A stretch of DNA of 64,000 nt. It comes from Spirochaetia bacterium. GTDB lineage: Bacteria > Spirochaetota > Spirochaetia > SZUA-6 > Bin103. Position 1 is the stretch's first letter. Each line of letters begins with the position of its first letter. The stretch is from NCBI GenBank assembly GCA_965203055.1, contig OZ241863.1, positions 3,872,001 through 3,936,000 of the forward strand, read 5' to 3'. Position numbers and translations under genes: made by a program. Below, one piece after another: positions 34,451 through 42,566 of the stretch. The notes beneath the pieces are model-generated. The model was not told where the DNA came from. It searched no databases and saw only the letters and a program-made list of their open reading frames with translations.

Positions 34451-35881
34451 CTACAGCTTCACGCCCACGGCCGCGGTCAGGGCGCGCAGCTTGTTCTGCG
34501 TCTCTTCATACTCGCGCCGCGGCACCGAGTCGTAGACGATGCCGGCGCCGGCGTGCAGCACCAGCCGGTTGCCCCGCTTGACCGCCGAGCGGATCGCGAT
34601 GCAGGAATCGAGCGACCCGCCCGGCTCCACGTAGCCGACGATCCCGGCGTAGAAGCCGCGCGTTTCGCTCTCCAGGGCATCCAGGGTCTCCATCGCCTGG
34701 ATCTTCGGCGCCCCCGTCACGGTGCCAGCGGGGAAGGTGGCGCGCACCGCGTGGGCGCCGTTCATCCCCGGCTGCAGGTCGCTTTCCACCTGCGACACGA
34801 TGTGCATCACGTGCGAGTAGTGCTCGATGACGTTGCGCTCGGTCACCGCCACGCTGCCCGGGCGCGACACCCGGCCCAGGTCGTTGCGCGCCAGGTCCAC
34901 CAGCATCAGGTGCTCGGCCAGCTCCTTCTCGTCGGACAGCAGGTCCGCCTGCAGCGCCTCGTCCTCGCGCCGGTCGGCGCCGCGGCGCCGGGTGCCGGCA
35001 ATCGGGCGCATGAGCGCGCGCCCGCCGGAGACCTTGACGTGCACCTCCGGCGACGCGCCGAAGAGCTGGAACTCGCCGTAGTCCAGGTAGAACATGTAGG
35101 GCGAGGGATTGGTCGAGCGCAAGTTGCGGTACGCTTCCAGCGCCGGCAGCGGGGTATCGATCACCAGGCGGCGCGACAGCACCGCCTGGAACAGGTTGCC
35201 CTTGATGATCTCGCCGCGCAGGAACTCGACGCCGTCCAGGTACCATTCCTCGTCGCCGCTGCCGGTCACCTGCGCCGCCGGCTGCGCCGGCGCCGCGGTC
35301 ATGAAGTTGAAGTCCAGGTCGTTGATGCGCCGTTCGGTGTCGTCGAGGGCGCGCTCCAGGTCGATGCGGTGCTCGTGGTAGTTGACCCCCAGCAGAATGA
35401 GGGAGTCGGTGTAGTGATCGAACACCACGAACACGTGGCCGAACACGAACCAGGCGTCCGGCAACTCCAGCGAGTCGCTCTTGCGCTCCAGGCGCACGGT
35501 GTCGAAGCGGGTCGCGTACTCATAGGAAAGGTAGCCGATGCCGCCCGCCGGAAACGGAAACGGATGCTGCGCCCCGGCGTGTTGATCGGCGAAGTAGCGC
35601 AGCACGTCGAGCACGTCGCGCCCGCTGCTGCGCAGCCGCAGGCGGCTGCCGTCGCGGGTCATGATCATCTCGCCGCGGCGTTCCCGGACGGTAAACGCCG
35701 GCTGCAGCAGCAGGATGCTGTAGCGCTCCCGGCCGCGGTGAAAGGAGGCCGATTCCAGCAGCACGCTGGCGTCGAGCTTGCGCGCCAGCGTGTAGGGCGT
35801 GAAGCGCTCCCCCGGAATGGTGCGCAGGACCGTGTCCGGTTGGGGCCGCCCGGCCGCGGCGCCGGCAGTTGTCGTATTCAT
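34451..35881 (-). CDS. trpE: Anthranilate synthase component I
   Basis: LLESAS, NPSPYM, PIAGTRRRG, EHLMLVDLARND, FPAGTVTGAPK. Confidence 0.96.
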   Translation of the reverse strand: MNTTTAGAAAGRPQPDTVLRTIPGERFTPYTLARKLDASVLLESASFHRGRERYSILLLQPAFTVRERRGEMIMTRDGSRLRLRSSGRDVLDVLRYFADQHAGAQHPFPFPAGGIGYLSYEYATRFDTVRLERKSDSLELPDAWFVFGHVFVVFDHYTDSLILLGVNYHEHRIDLERALDDTERRINDLDFNFMTAAPAQPAAQVTGSGDEEWYLDGVEFLRGEIIKGNLFQAVLSRRLVIDTPLPALEAYRNLRSTNPSPYMFYLDYGEFQLFGASPEVHVKVSGGRALMRPIAGTRRRGADRREDEALQADLLSDEKELAEHLMLVDLARNDLGRVSRPGSVAVTERNVIEHYSHVMHIVSQVESDLQPGMNGAHAVRATFPAGTVTGAPKIQAMETLDALESETRGFYAGIVGYVEPGGSLDSCIAIRSAVKRGNRLVLHAGAGIVYDSVPRREYEETQNKLRALTAAVGVKL

Positions 35882-35950
35882 GGTGCTCCTCGTCGTCGAA
35901 TGGGCGCCGGGGCCGGGTCACCGGGGGAGCGGGCTTGCAGGCGGTTCGGC

Positions 35951-36001
35951 AAACAAAGAGCCGCCGGCCCCGGTCGCTCCCGGCAACCGGAACCCGCGGC
36001 T
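35951..36001 (-). terminator. trp attenuator terminator hairpin
   Basis: minus strand agccgcgggttccggttgc-cggga-gcgaccggggccggcggct followed by CTTTGTTT. Confidence 0.75.
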
Positions 36002-36043
36002 TTCACAGGGCGCATGGCGCCCGTTTGGCGTGGCGGCTCCCGG

Positions 36044-36091
36044 TTACTCCGAGGGCCACCACCGGAGGTGGCTCGCTACGGCCAACGTCAT
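36044..36091 (-). CDS. trpL: trp operon leader peptide MTLAVASHLRWWPSE
   Basis: tandem TGG TGG codons; upstream of terminator and trpE; not in ORF track; alternative ATG at 36100. Confidence 0.85.
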   Translation of the reverse strand: MTLAVASHLRWWPSE

Positions 36092-36098
36092 GGCCGCC

Positions 36099-36128
36099 AT
36101 GATACGGAAGGCCGCGGCAACGGGTCAA
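36099..36128 (-). promoter_or_regulatory. trp promoter
   Basis: TTGACC-N18-TATCAT-N7-ATG of leader. Confidence 0.7.
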
Positions 36129-36162
36129 CCGCCCGCGCGGCGGCCTCGGCGGCCGCCCGGCG

Positions 36163-36570
36163 CTACGATGCCGCCTCCTGCGGCGCGGGCGCGGCGGCCT
36201 CATCGTGGCCGTGGCCGTTGCCGTGGCCGTTGCCGGCAGCGCGGCGGCGCGGCTGGAACTCGACGTGCTCGGCCACGATCAGCACCTTGGCGCGGGAATT
36301 GCCCTCCGCATCCTCCCAGCGATCCTGCTTGAGCCGGCCGACCACGCGCACGCCGCGCCCCTTCGTCAGGTGCTCGGCGCACACCGCCGCCAGCTTGCCC
36401 CAGGCCGTGGTCTCGATGAACGAGACCTCGTCATGGCGTTCGCCCTCTATCTTGTAGGAGCGGTTCGAGGCCACCACCAGCGTGCACACCGGGGTGCCCT
36501 TCGGGGTGTAGCGCAGTTCGGGGTCCCGGCACAGGTTCCCTTCCATCAGCACGGAGTTGAGGTTATTCAC
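36163..36570 (-). CDS. ssb: Single-stranded DNA-binding protein
   Basis: NNLNSVLMEGNLCRDPELRYTP, KGRGVRVVGRLKQDRW; GGAGG SD before GTG; lacks acidic PF tail. Confidence 0.93.
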   Translation of the reverse strand: MNNLNSVLMEGNLCRDPELRYTPKGTPVCTLVVASNRSYKIEGERHDEVSFIETTAWGKLAAVCAEHLTKGRGVRVVGRLKQDRWEDAEGNSRAKVLIVAEHVEFQPRRRAAGNGHGNGHGHDEAAAPAPQEAAS

Positions 36571-36665
36571 GGTATCCCTCCAGGTAAGATCGGCGGCGCC
36601 GCGGCCGCGGCCCGCCGTCACCTGCTATCAACTGCGCCCCGTGCGGCGCGCTTCAAGATGAGCTC

Positions 36666-36700
36666 AAAAAAAAGCGGCGCACCCGCAAGGGGTGCGCCGC
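36666..36700 (-). terminator. Intrinsic terminator of the outer-sheath protein gene
   Basis: GCGGCGCACCC stem plus 8-U tract on minus strand. Confidence 0.9.
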
Positions 36701-36739
36701 CGTGGTAGCGAGGGGTGTATTGAGAACCCTGCGCGCCGC

Positions 36740-38194
36740 CTAGGAGTAGGTGATCTTGGCCCAGGCGGTGACTTCGCCCTGCTTGGCCTTCTTGCTCGCC
36801 CCTTCCCCGTCGGTCAACTGGGTGCTCTCCCACTGCAGGCCGAACTCGGTGGCCGGAACCGCCTCGGTCAGAACCGCGGCGATCTTCAGCCCCACGTCGG
36901 CAGCGTCATCGTCGAGCTGGTTGAGCGTCACCGTCGCCTGCGGAGTCAGCGCTCCGCCCATGGCGTCGAGCTTGTAGCTCAACTTGCCCTCGAGGAACAT
37001 GTCCATGACGTTGTTTCGGTGATTGAGGGCCTCGGTACCTTCGTTACCGCCGTTGATGTCGAACAGCCCCCAGGTAAGGCCCATGCCGAGCCGGTCCACC
37101 AGGCCGCCGCTGTCATCCAGCTTCACCATGACGTCGCTGGCGACGTCCCTCTTGGTAGAGTAGATGTAGTCCGCGCCGAGGGTGGTCTTGTTGTCGTCCA
37201 TCGCGACCAGCGTCACGTCGGCGCCGGCGCCGAACTCGAAGTCCATCGATTCGTTTACGTCGGTGGTCTCGATGTTATCGGCATCACCGGTCATTACGAC
37301 GTCGGCGCCGCCGCGCAACGTGATGGCGCGGCCCTCGCCGAAGCTGGTGGACAGCTCGGCCGCAAAGCCGGTGTCGTCCGCATTCGCGGTCGTGTCCTTT
37401 TCGCCCTTGAGGCCCTGTACCACCTGCAGCTTGAGGCCGGCCGGACCCAGGGAGACGCCCATGTCGGCGCTGACGACGAAGCTTCCCTCGTTGGGCTTCT
37501 TGGCGTCGTCCCACCCCAAGCTCGAGGTAATCCCCAGCGCGACCTTCAGGTCGCCGGAGTCGTAGCCAAGCGCGATCCCGGCGCCGCCCAGGTCGAGGCC
37601 GACGTCCTTGCCGTCGTCATCGCTCTCGGCGGTGCGGTCGCCCATCGGATCACCCTCGGATACCTCGTCGTCCTCGATGTGAGCGACCAGGTCCGCCTCG
37701 TTGTCCGGCGCGCTGTGAATCTGCAGGAACAGCGGCCCGTTCTTCAGCTTGGCGGTGACATCGGGCGCCTCGACGATCAAATGGGAACGCGACGTCGTCG
37801 TCTTTTCGCACTTGTTGATCGCTAGCTGATTCTCCTTGACGCCGTCGTTATCCAAATCGTCTTGGCACTGGTCCGCGTCGTAGCGCAGCTCGGAGTCCTC
37901 GTCGTCGCTGTCGATGATGATCTTGAAATCCTTCAACTCGATCGAACCGACCCAGCCCGGCTCCATCATGTCGTCGCCCATCATGTTGCTGGTGCTCTGC
38001 TCGGCGACCAGCTCGATCTTGATGTCGGCGCTGGCGTCGTTCTTGAAGCCGAAGTGCGAGTCGTCGATGTCGTACCCAGCGGTGGTCTTCGCGTCGCCGG
38101 AGAGACTGAAGTTCGTTCCGATTGCCATTTGCCCATACAGGCCGGCCGAGCCCGCGGCAAGTAGCACCACTAGCAGAAGTGATAGCTTCTTCAT
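36740..38194 (-). CDS. Major outer sheath/porin-like beta-barrel protein (Msp/MOSP-like)
   Basis: MKK signal peptide, strong SD, SGDAKTTAGYDID..GFKN N-terminus, acidic loops, C-terminal AKITYS, own terminator. Confidence 0.7.
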   Translation of the reverse strand: MKKLSLLLVVLLAAGSAGLYGQMAIGTNFSLSGDAKTTAGYDIDDSHFGFKNDASADIKIELVAEQSTSNMMGDDMMEPGWVGSIELKDFKIIIDSDDEDSELRYDADQCQDDLDNDGVKENQLAINKCEKTTTSRSHLIVEAPDVTAKLKNGPLFLQIHSAPDNEADLVAHIEDDEVSEGDPMGDRTAESDDDGKDVGLDLGGAGIALGYDSGDLKVALGITSSLGWDDAKKPNEGSFVVSADMGVSLGPAGLKLQVVQGLKGEKDTTANADDTGFAAELSTSFGEGRAITLRGGADVVMTGDADNIETTDVNESMDFEFGAGADVTLVAMDDNKTTLGADYIYSTKRDVASDVMVKLDDSGGLVDRLGMGLTWGLFDINGGNEGTEALNHRNNVMDMFLEGKLSYKLDAMGGALTPQATVTLNQLDDDAADVGLKIAAVLTEAVPATEFGLQWESTQLTDGEGASKKAKQGEVTAWAKITYS

Positions 38195-38768
38195 CACTTC
38201 CTCCTTCACTTATTGCCGGGGCCTGTGTACGGGGCCTTTAGTCGGGCCAACGGCCCGGCAGAACCCTGCCCCCGCTATCCGATGGCGCAACAATGTACAC
38301 GCAATCGAATGTTGTCAACACTGTTGGCTGGCGGCGGCGCGCCGCCACTGCTGGCGGCCACGGACCGGCGCCCCGGTACCTTACTCGATGCCCACGCGCT
38401 CCGCAACGCGCACCCGAGCCCTGCGGGATACCGCCAGATCGCCTTCCCCGGGCGCCGGCGGCGCGCAGGACCTTAGCCCGCGGCGCGCGCCGCAGCGCAC
38501 TGCTGCCGGCGCCGAGACGGCTGAGGGTCACCTCACCCAAGAACGCCCACGGTAGCATCAGCCGGAGAGCTTGTCCAGTGCGCCGCCGGGCCGGCTTGCG
38601 CCAACCCTGCGTGCCCCGTGCATGCCGGCCCCGCGCCGGTACCGGGGGCGACCATGGCCGATTCCCCTCTGCCTGTCAAGCCGCCGCCGCCCCTGCCGGG
38701 CAACCTGGCTTTCCCCTTACATCATCGGCCCCGGAGCGCCCCCCCGTTACCGCAACTTGCCCGCGCCC

Positions 38769-38823
38769 CACACCACCCCTGCGACCCTGCGCCAACACAC
38801 CACCCCTGCGCGCCCTGCACCAA
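38769..38823. repeat. 27/28-bp tandem repeat in a C-rich intergenic region
   Basis: cacaccacccctgcgaccctgcgccaa / cacaccacccctgcgcgccctgcaccaa. Confidence 0.75.
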
Positions 38824-39092
38824 TCCCATCGACGAGCGCGTTAGCTGAGCAGCTACGCTGCGGCAGCAGGTACGGCGTCCGGCAAGCGGCCGCGCTCGCT
38901 CGCGGCCACCGCCGACGGCGCCCCCTGGTGCCCGATTGGGCTGACGCGCTCATCTTCGACTCCCCGCGCCGCCATGTAAAGCGCTGCCGACGCCGCGCCG
39001 TTGTAGGTCATCGATGGCGCCGCCGCTGCTCCGGCGCACGGCCACCTGTTCCGCGGCCACGTCCGGCACGCGCCGCCATCGACGGAGACCCC

Positions 39093-40067
39093 ATGAACGA
39101 CCCTTCGTACAAGCGCCTGCTCAACCACCGGCGCATCATCAAGGACCTGCTGCTCGGCTTCATCGCCCCGCTGCGCCCGCCCGGTTGGGCTGACTCGCTC
39201 GACTTCGACTCCCTGCGCGACGGCCCGACCGAGCAAATCACCGATGACCTGCGCCGGCGCTTCAGCGACGTCGTCTGGTCCATCGACCGGCGCGCCGCAG
39301 GCGATCGCGCGCAGACCGTGCAGGTAGTGATCGAGCACCAGTCATCGGTGGACCACTCGATGCCGCTGCGGTTCCTCAACTACAGCAGCCTGCACTACCA
39401 GCGGAAGTACCGCGACCACCAGTGGCGCAAGGGCGACACTGCCGACCTGGTGCTGCACGTCGTGCTGTACAACGGCAGCGCCCGCTGGAACGCCCCGCAG
39501 TCGCTGGCGGAGCTGGTGCCGAGGTGGGAACACGACGGTCCGGCGCAGCTCGCGCTGAGCTATGACGTGGTTGATCTGGTGGCGCTGGCAGCGGATGACC
39601 TGCCGCGCCCCAACCTGATAACCTGGATGGCGGACGTGGAGCGCAGCCGGCGCGCCGGCGAGCTGGCGGAGCGGGTGCGGGAGTTGGGACAGTGGCTCGC
39701 CGCAGAGGACGAGCCGGAACTGACGAAGAGTTTCGACCTGTGGCTCGGCGCCATGACCCGGAAGTGGGGCGTCAAGTTGCCGTCGATTCGCGACCACGAG
39801 GAGGCACGCGCAGTGTTCTTGGAGAAGATCGATCGCTGGGAAGCTGAGTTCCTGCAAGAGGGACGTCAGCAAGGCCGCCAGGAGGGCCGGTTGGAAGGCC
39901 GCCAGGAGGGCCGCCAGGAAGGCCGGTTGGAAACTATCGAAGGGTTCCTGCGAGCGGGCATCGGGTGGCCGGTGATCGAATCCGCCACCGGCATCGACGA
40001 GCACACCTACCGCACCCTCAAACACGACTCCGCCAACGGCATGGAGCCGGCCGCGCCGCCGCGTTAA
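39093..40067 (+). CDS. Rpn/YhgA-like PD-(D/E)XK nuclease (Transposase_31 family)
   Basis: MNDPSYKRLL, LDFDSL, SDVVW, IEHQSSVDHSMPLRF, VLYNGSARW, C-terminal (QEGR)n repeats; GGAG SD. Confidence 0.9.
   Translation: MNDPSYKRLLNHRRIIKDLLLGFIAPLRPPGWADSLDFDSLRDGPTEQITDDLRRRFSDVVWSIDRRAAGDRAQTVQVVIEHQSSVDHSMPLRFLNYSSLHYQRKYRDHQWRKGDTADLVLHVVLYNGSARWNAPQSLAELVPRWEHDGPAQLALSYDVVDLVALAADDLPRPNLITWMADVERSRRAGELAERVRELGQWLAAEDEPELTKSFDLWLGAMTRKWGVKLPSIRDHEEARAVFLEKIDRWEAEFLQEGRQQGRQEGRLEGRQEGRQEGRLETIEGFLRAGIGWPVIESATGIDEHTYRTLKHDSANGMEPAAPPR
39813..40067 (+). CDS. Putative in-frame intragenic Rpn small (antitoxin) protein, 84 aa
   Basis: GAGGAGG at 39798-39804, GTG 8 nt later, in frame just before the EGR repeats. 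Confidence 0.6.
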   Translation: MFLEKIDRWEAEFLQEGRQQGRQEGRLEGRQEGRQEGRLETIEGFLRAGIGWPVIESATGIDEHTYRTLKHDSANGMEPAAPPR

Positions 40068-40099
40068 CTTCCTGCTGTCTGGGCACGTCTACCGCGAGC

Positions 40100-40232
40100 G
40101 CGGCCGCCCCCGTGCTGGCAACCTCGACCGCGCCCCAGACCGGCGCGCGTTCCCGCCGCCGCCCGCGCAGAATGATGTCGGTAGCGATGACCCGGTGCTC
40201 CTGCGCCGCAATGATACGGCCCTCGTCGGCGG
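40100..40232 (-). pseudogene. Possible gene remnant (AADEGRIIAAQEHRVIATDIILRGRRR..AVEVAS)
   Basis: coding-like frame with a D..E-x-S pattern reminiscent of PD-(D/E)XK proteins; no start. Confidence 0.3.
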
Positions 40233-40291
40233 CTTGGCGGCCAAGCCCAAGTCCCAGTCCCAGTGTAGATGACGTTTCTCGGAGATCTTGA

Positions 40292-41656
40292 TCACCGGTC
40301 TACCGGCGCCTGACCATCCTCGCCGGGGCGCCCGAATCCGGCGCCGGCGTGGCGGTAGCGGTGATGGGCGGCGCACAGCAGCCGGAGATTGTTCGGCTCG
40401 GCGGCGCCGCCGCAGGCATACGGCACGACGTGATCGATCTGCAGCAGGTGTTGGGAGCCGCAGCGGCGCCCGCTGGTGCGGTCCACGTAGCGGCAGCGGC
40501 CCCCGTCGCGCCGCCAGACCTCGCGCTTGACCGCCGCCGGGATGGCGCGGCCGGTCGCGCCGCCGGCCTTCGCTGCCGAAGTCTCGGTCCGCGCCGGCGG
40601 CGCAGCCCGCGCCACGCACGCCACCGCAGCCGGCCGGCCGAGGCGCCGCGTCTTCGGCGCCGAAGCTGCGTCGCCCGCCGGCTTCGCTGCCGAAGTGTCC
40701 GAGCGGTCAGCGGCTGCGTCTCCCGGCTGCGCCGGCGCCTGAGCCGATACCTTCGCCGCCGAAGGAGCGGCGCGGTCCGCGCTGGCCTCCTGCTTCGCTG
40801 CCGGGGCAGCGCCGCGAGCCGAGGCTGCCTGCGTCTTCGCCGCCGAAGTCTGCTCGGCGCCTTTGGCCGGCGCGGCGCGCCGCCCGCGCGGCGGCCGGGC
40901 CGGGTCGTGACGGTCGAGCCCTTCCCGCACCAGCCGCCCCATGAGCTGCCCCATCGTCAGGTGCGGATCGACGTGGGACAGGAGGCCCTTGAGCCGCTCC
41001 AAGCCGCGCCGGCACTCATCGTCGATCACCGCCTTGAGCTCCCAGCGCCCGCCGCCCAGCGGCCGCACCCGATCCGCCGGCGCCGCCAGCTCCGGGTCCA
41101 CCTCGGCCAGCAACTGCATCACCTGCCGGCTGCTCTTGCCGGACGCCTGCTCCACCAGCTCCCGCCGCGCCTCCGGGTCCAGCACCGGCGCCGGCGCCGG
41201 CTTCCGCTCCGCCGGCCGCGGCGGCGCCGAGCCGTTCTGCGACTGGGCGGCAGCCCCGCACCCGACACCGCCCGGCGCGCTACGCGCCGCCCGTTCCTTC
41301 TTGCGCTCCTGACGGTCGAAGGCATGCTGCAACTGCGCGGCCGCGTTCAGCGTCATCGTGCCATTCTGCAGGCGTTCGCGCACGCCCTCGACGTCCGCGC
41401 AGAGCCGCATCGCCTTGATGCGCCGCCACGCTGCGGCGTCGCTGTAACCCAGTTCGCGCACCGCGTAGTCGAACAGGCTGGAGAACCCGCGGCGCAGATA
41501 CAGGCGCCGCTTCTGAATCTCGCGCAGGTGGTCGATGACGACCACTTCGAGATGGTGTTCGATGCCGGACAGTTCCTTGGTCCGCTCCAGCAGGCGGTCG
41601 TCTGAGAGGGCGGAAACGGTAGTGGTGACGGCCTCGTCGGAAGCCTGATCGTTCAT
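40292..41656 (-). CDS. HNH endonuclease with DUF222-like N-terminus (copy 2)
   Basis: close paralogue of 16065-17390; intact HNH motif; linker indels; different last residues via 1-nt indel. Confidence 0.88.
   Translation of the reverse strand: MNDQASDEAVTTTVSALSDDRLLERTKELSGIEHHLEVVVIDHLREIQKRRLYLRRGFSSLFDYAVRELGYSDAAAWRRIKAMRLCADVEGVRERLQNGTMTLNAAAQLQHAFDRQERKKERAARSAPGGVGCGAAAQSQNGSAPPRPAERKPAPAPVLDPEARRELVEQASGKSSRQVMQLLAEVDPELAAPADRVRPLGGGRWELKAVIDDECRRGLERLKGLLSHVDPHLTMGQLMGRLVREGLDRHDPARPPRGRRAAPAKGAEQTSAAKTQAASARGAAPAAKQEASADRAAPSAAKVSAQAPAQPGDAAADRSDTSAAKPAGDAASAPKTRRLGRPAAVACVARAAPPARTETSAAKAGGATGRAIPAAVKREVWRRDGGRCRYVDRTSGRRCGSQHLLQIDHVVPYACGGAAEPNNLRLLCAAHHRYRHAGAGFGRPGEDGQAPVDR
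40568..40848. repeat. CTTCG-N4-CGAAG palindromes in HNH linker, copy 2
   Basis: at 40568, 40652, 40682, 40751, 40793 (degenerate), 40835. Confidence 0.85.
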
Positions 41657-41662
41657 GACATA

Positions 41663-41691
41663 AGTATAATCATGGGAACTACTTGAGTCAA
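41663..41691 (-). promoter_or_regulatory. Sigma70 promoter, leaderless HNH mRNA (copy 2)
   Basis: TTGACT-N17-TATACT-N6-ATG. Confidence 0.8.
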
Positions 41692-41710
41692 GTTATTCGG
41701 CCCGGAAGAT

Positions 41711-41956
41711 GCCACCTGCGGGCGTGACTCGGCGGCGCATTTCCAAGCGGCTGGACGTTACTTCAGATGCTGCTGCCGAGAATGTCGCCGGCGTCGACAG
41801 GGCGCGATCTGCCGGGTACCGACGGGCCGGCTGCGGCGCCGGCGCGGGCGGCGTTGAGGGCGAGCACGCGGGCGAGCACTTCGTCGCGGACTCCGGCGCG
41901 GTCCTTTCAGCGGCTTCGAGGGCGGGATCGGTACCAACAAATTGGAAGTGCGTCCC
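41711..41956 (+). ncRNA. Candidate structured RNA, copy 2 (with ~90-nt extra segment)
   Basis: stems 41734-41746/41942-41954 and 41787-41796/41834-41843. Confidence 0.45.
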
Positions 41957-41998
41957 GACCGGACCGGCCGTCGGGGTCGGCCGCGGGATCGCGCGCCC

Positions 41999-42449
41999 GC
42001 CGCGCCCGAACCTGATATAACCTGGATGGCGGACGTGGAGCGCAGCCGGCGCGCCGGGGAGCTGGCGGAGCGGGTGCGGGAGTTGGGACAGTGGCTCGCC
42101 GCAGAGGACGAGCCGGAACTGACGAAGAGTTTCGACCTGTGGCTCGGCGCCATGACCCGGAAGTGGGGCGTCAAGTTGCCGTCGATTCGCGACCACGAGG
42201 AGGCACGCGCAGTGTTCTTGGAGAAGATCGATCGCTGGGAAGCTGAGTTCCTGCAAGAAGGCCGTCAGCAGGGCCGCCAGCAGGGCCGCCAGGAAGGCCG
42301 GTTGGAAACTATCGAAGGGTTCCTGCGAGCGGGCATCGGGTGGCCGGTCATCGAATCCGCCACCGGCATCGACGAGCGCACCTACCGCACCCTCAAACAC
42401 GACGCCGCCAACGGCACGGAGCCGGCCGCGCCGCGTTAGCTTCCCGCTG
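41999..42449 (+). repeat. Direct duplicate of the 3' half of the Rpn gene (39602-40077)
   Basis: near-identical sequence; 2-nt insertion near 42017; two fewer 12-bp EGR repeat units. Confidence 0.92.
42212..42439 (+). CDS. Putative stand-alone Rpn small (antitoxin) protein, 75 aa
   Basis: GAGGAGG at 42197-42203 + GTG retained, frame intact to TAG. Confidence 0.55.
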   Translation: MFLEKIDRWEAEFLQEGRQQGRQQGRQEGRLETIEGFLRAGIGWPVIESATGIDERTYRTLKHDAANGTEPAAPR

Positions 42450-42566
42450 CCCGCCCCGCGCTACCATCCGGTCGCCGTCCCTGGGTCCCTTGGCCTTGTG
42501 TGCCTTGGTGTGCCTTGGCGCCGTTGTTGACCGGAGGCGAAGGGGGCCGCTACCATCGCCCCCCTA

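Larger units (their letters stand above)
40222..41956 (-). mobile_element. HNH-nuclease element copy 2
   Basis: homologous to 15950-17584 including both non-coding flanks; left boundary uncertain. Confidence 0.62.

Noticed and set aside
35882..36100. T-box upstream of trpE
   Set aside because: No T-box consensus; the Trp-Trp leader explains the region.
31370..36457. 1695-aa plus-strand ORF and many other long antisense ORFs
   Set aside because: Shadow frames of GC-rich genes (here the trp operon and ssb); no motifs, Arg/Ala/Gly-biased.
38292..38318. TTGACA..TACATT promoter for the msp-like gene
   Set aside because: Spacer is only 15 bp; plausible but not supportable.
38560..38640. c-di-GMP-I-like fragments on the minus strand
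   Set aside because: Key GGCAAA and GNRA/receptor elements are absent.
38571..39092. N-terminal extension of the Rpn ORF
   Set aside because: Low complexity; family-typical start with SD is at 39093.
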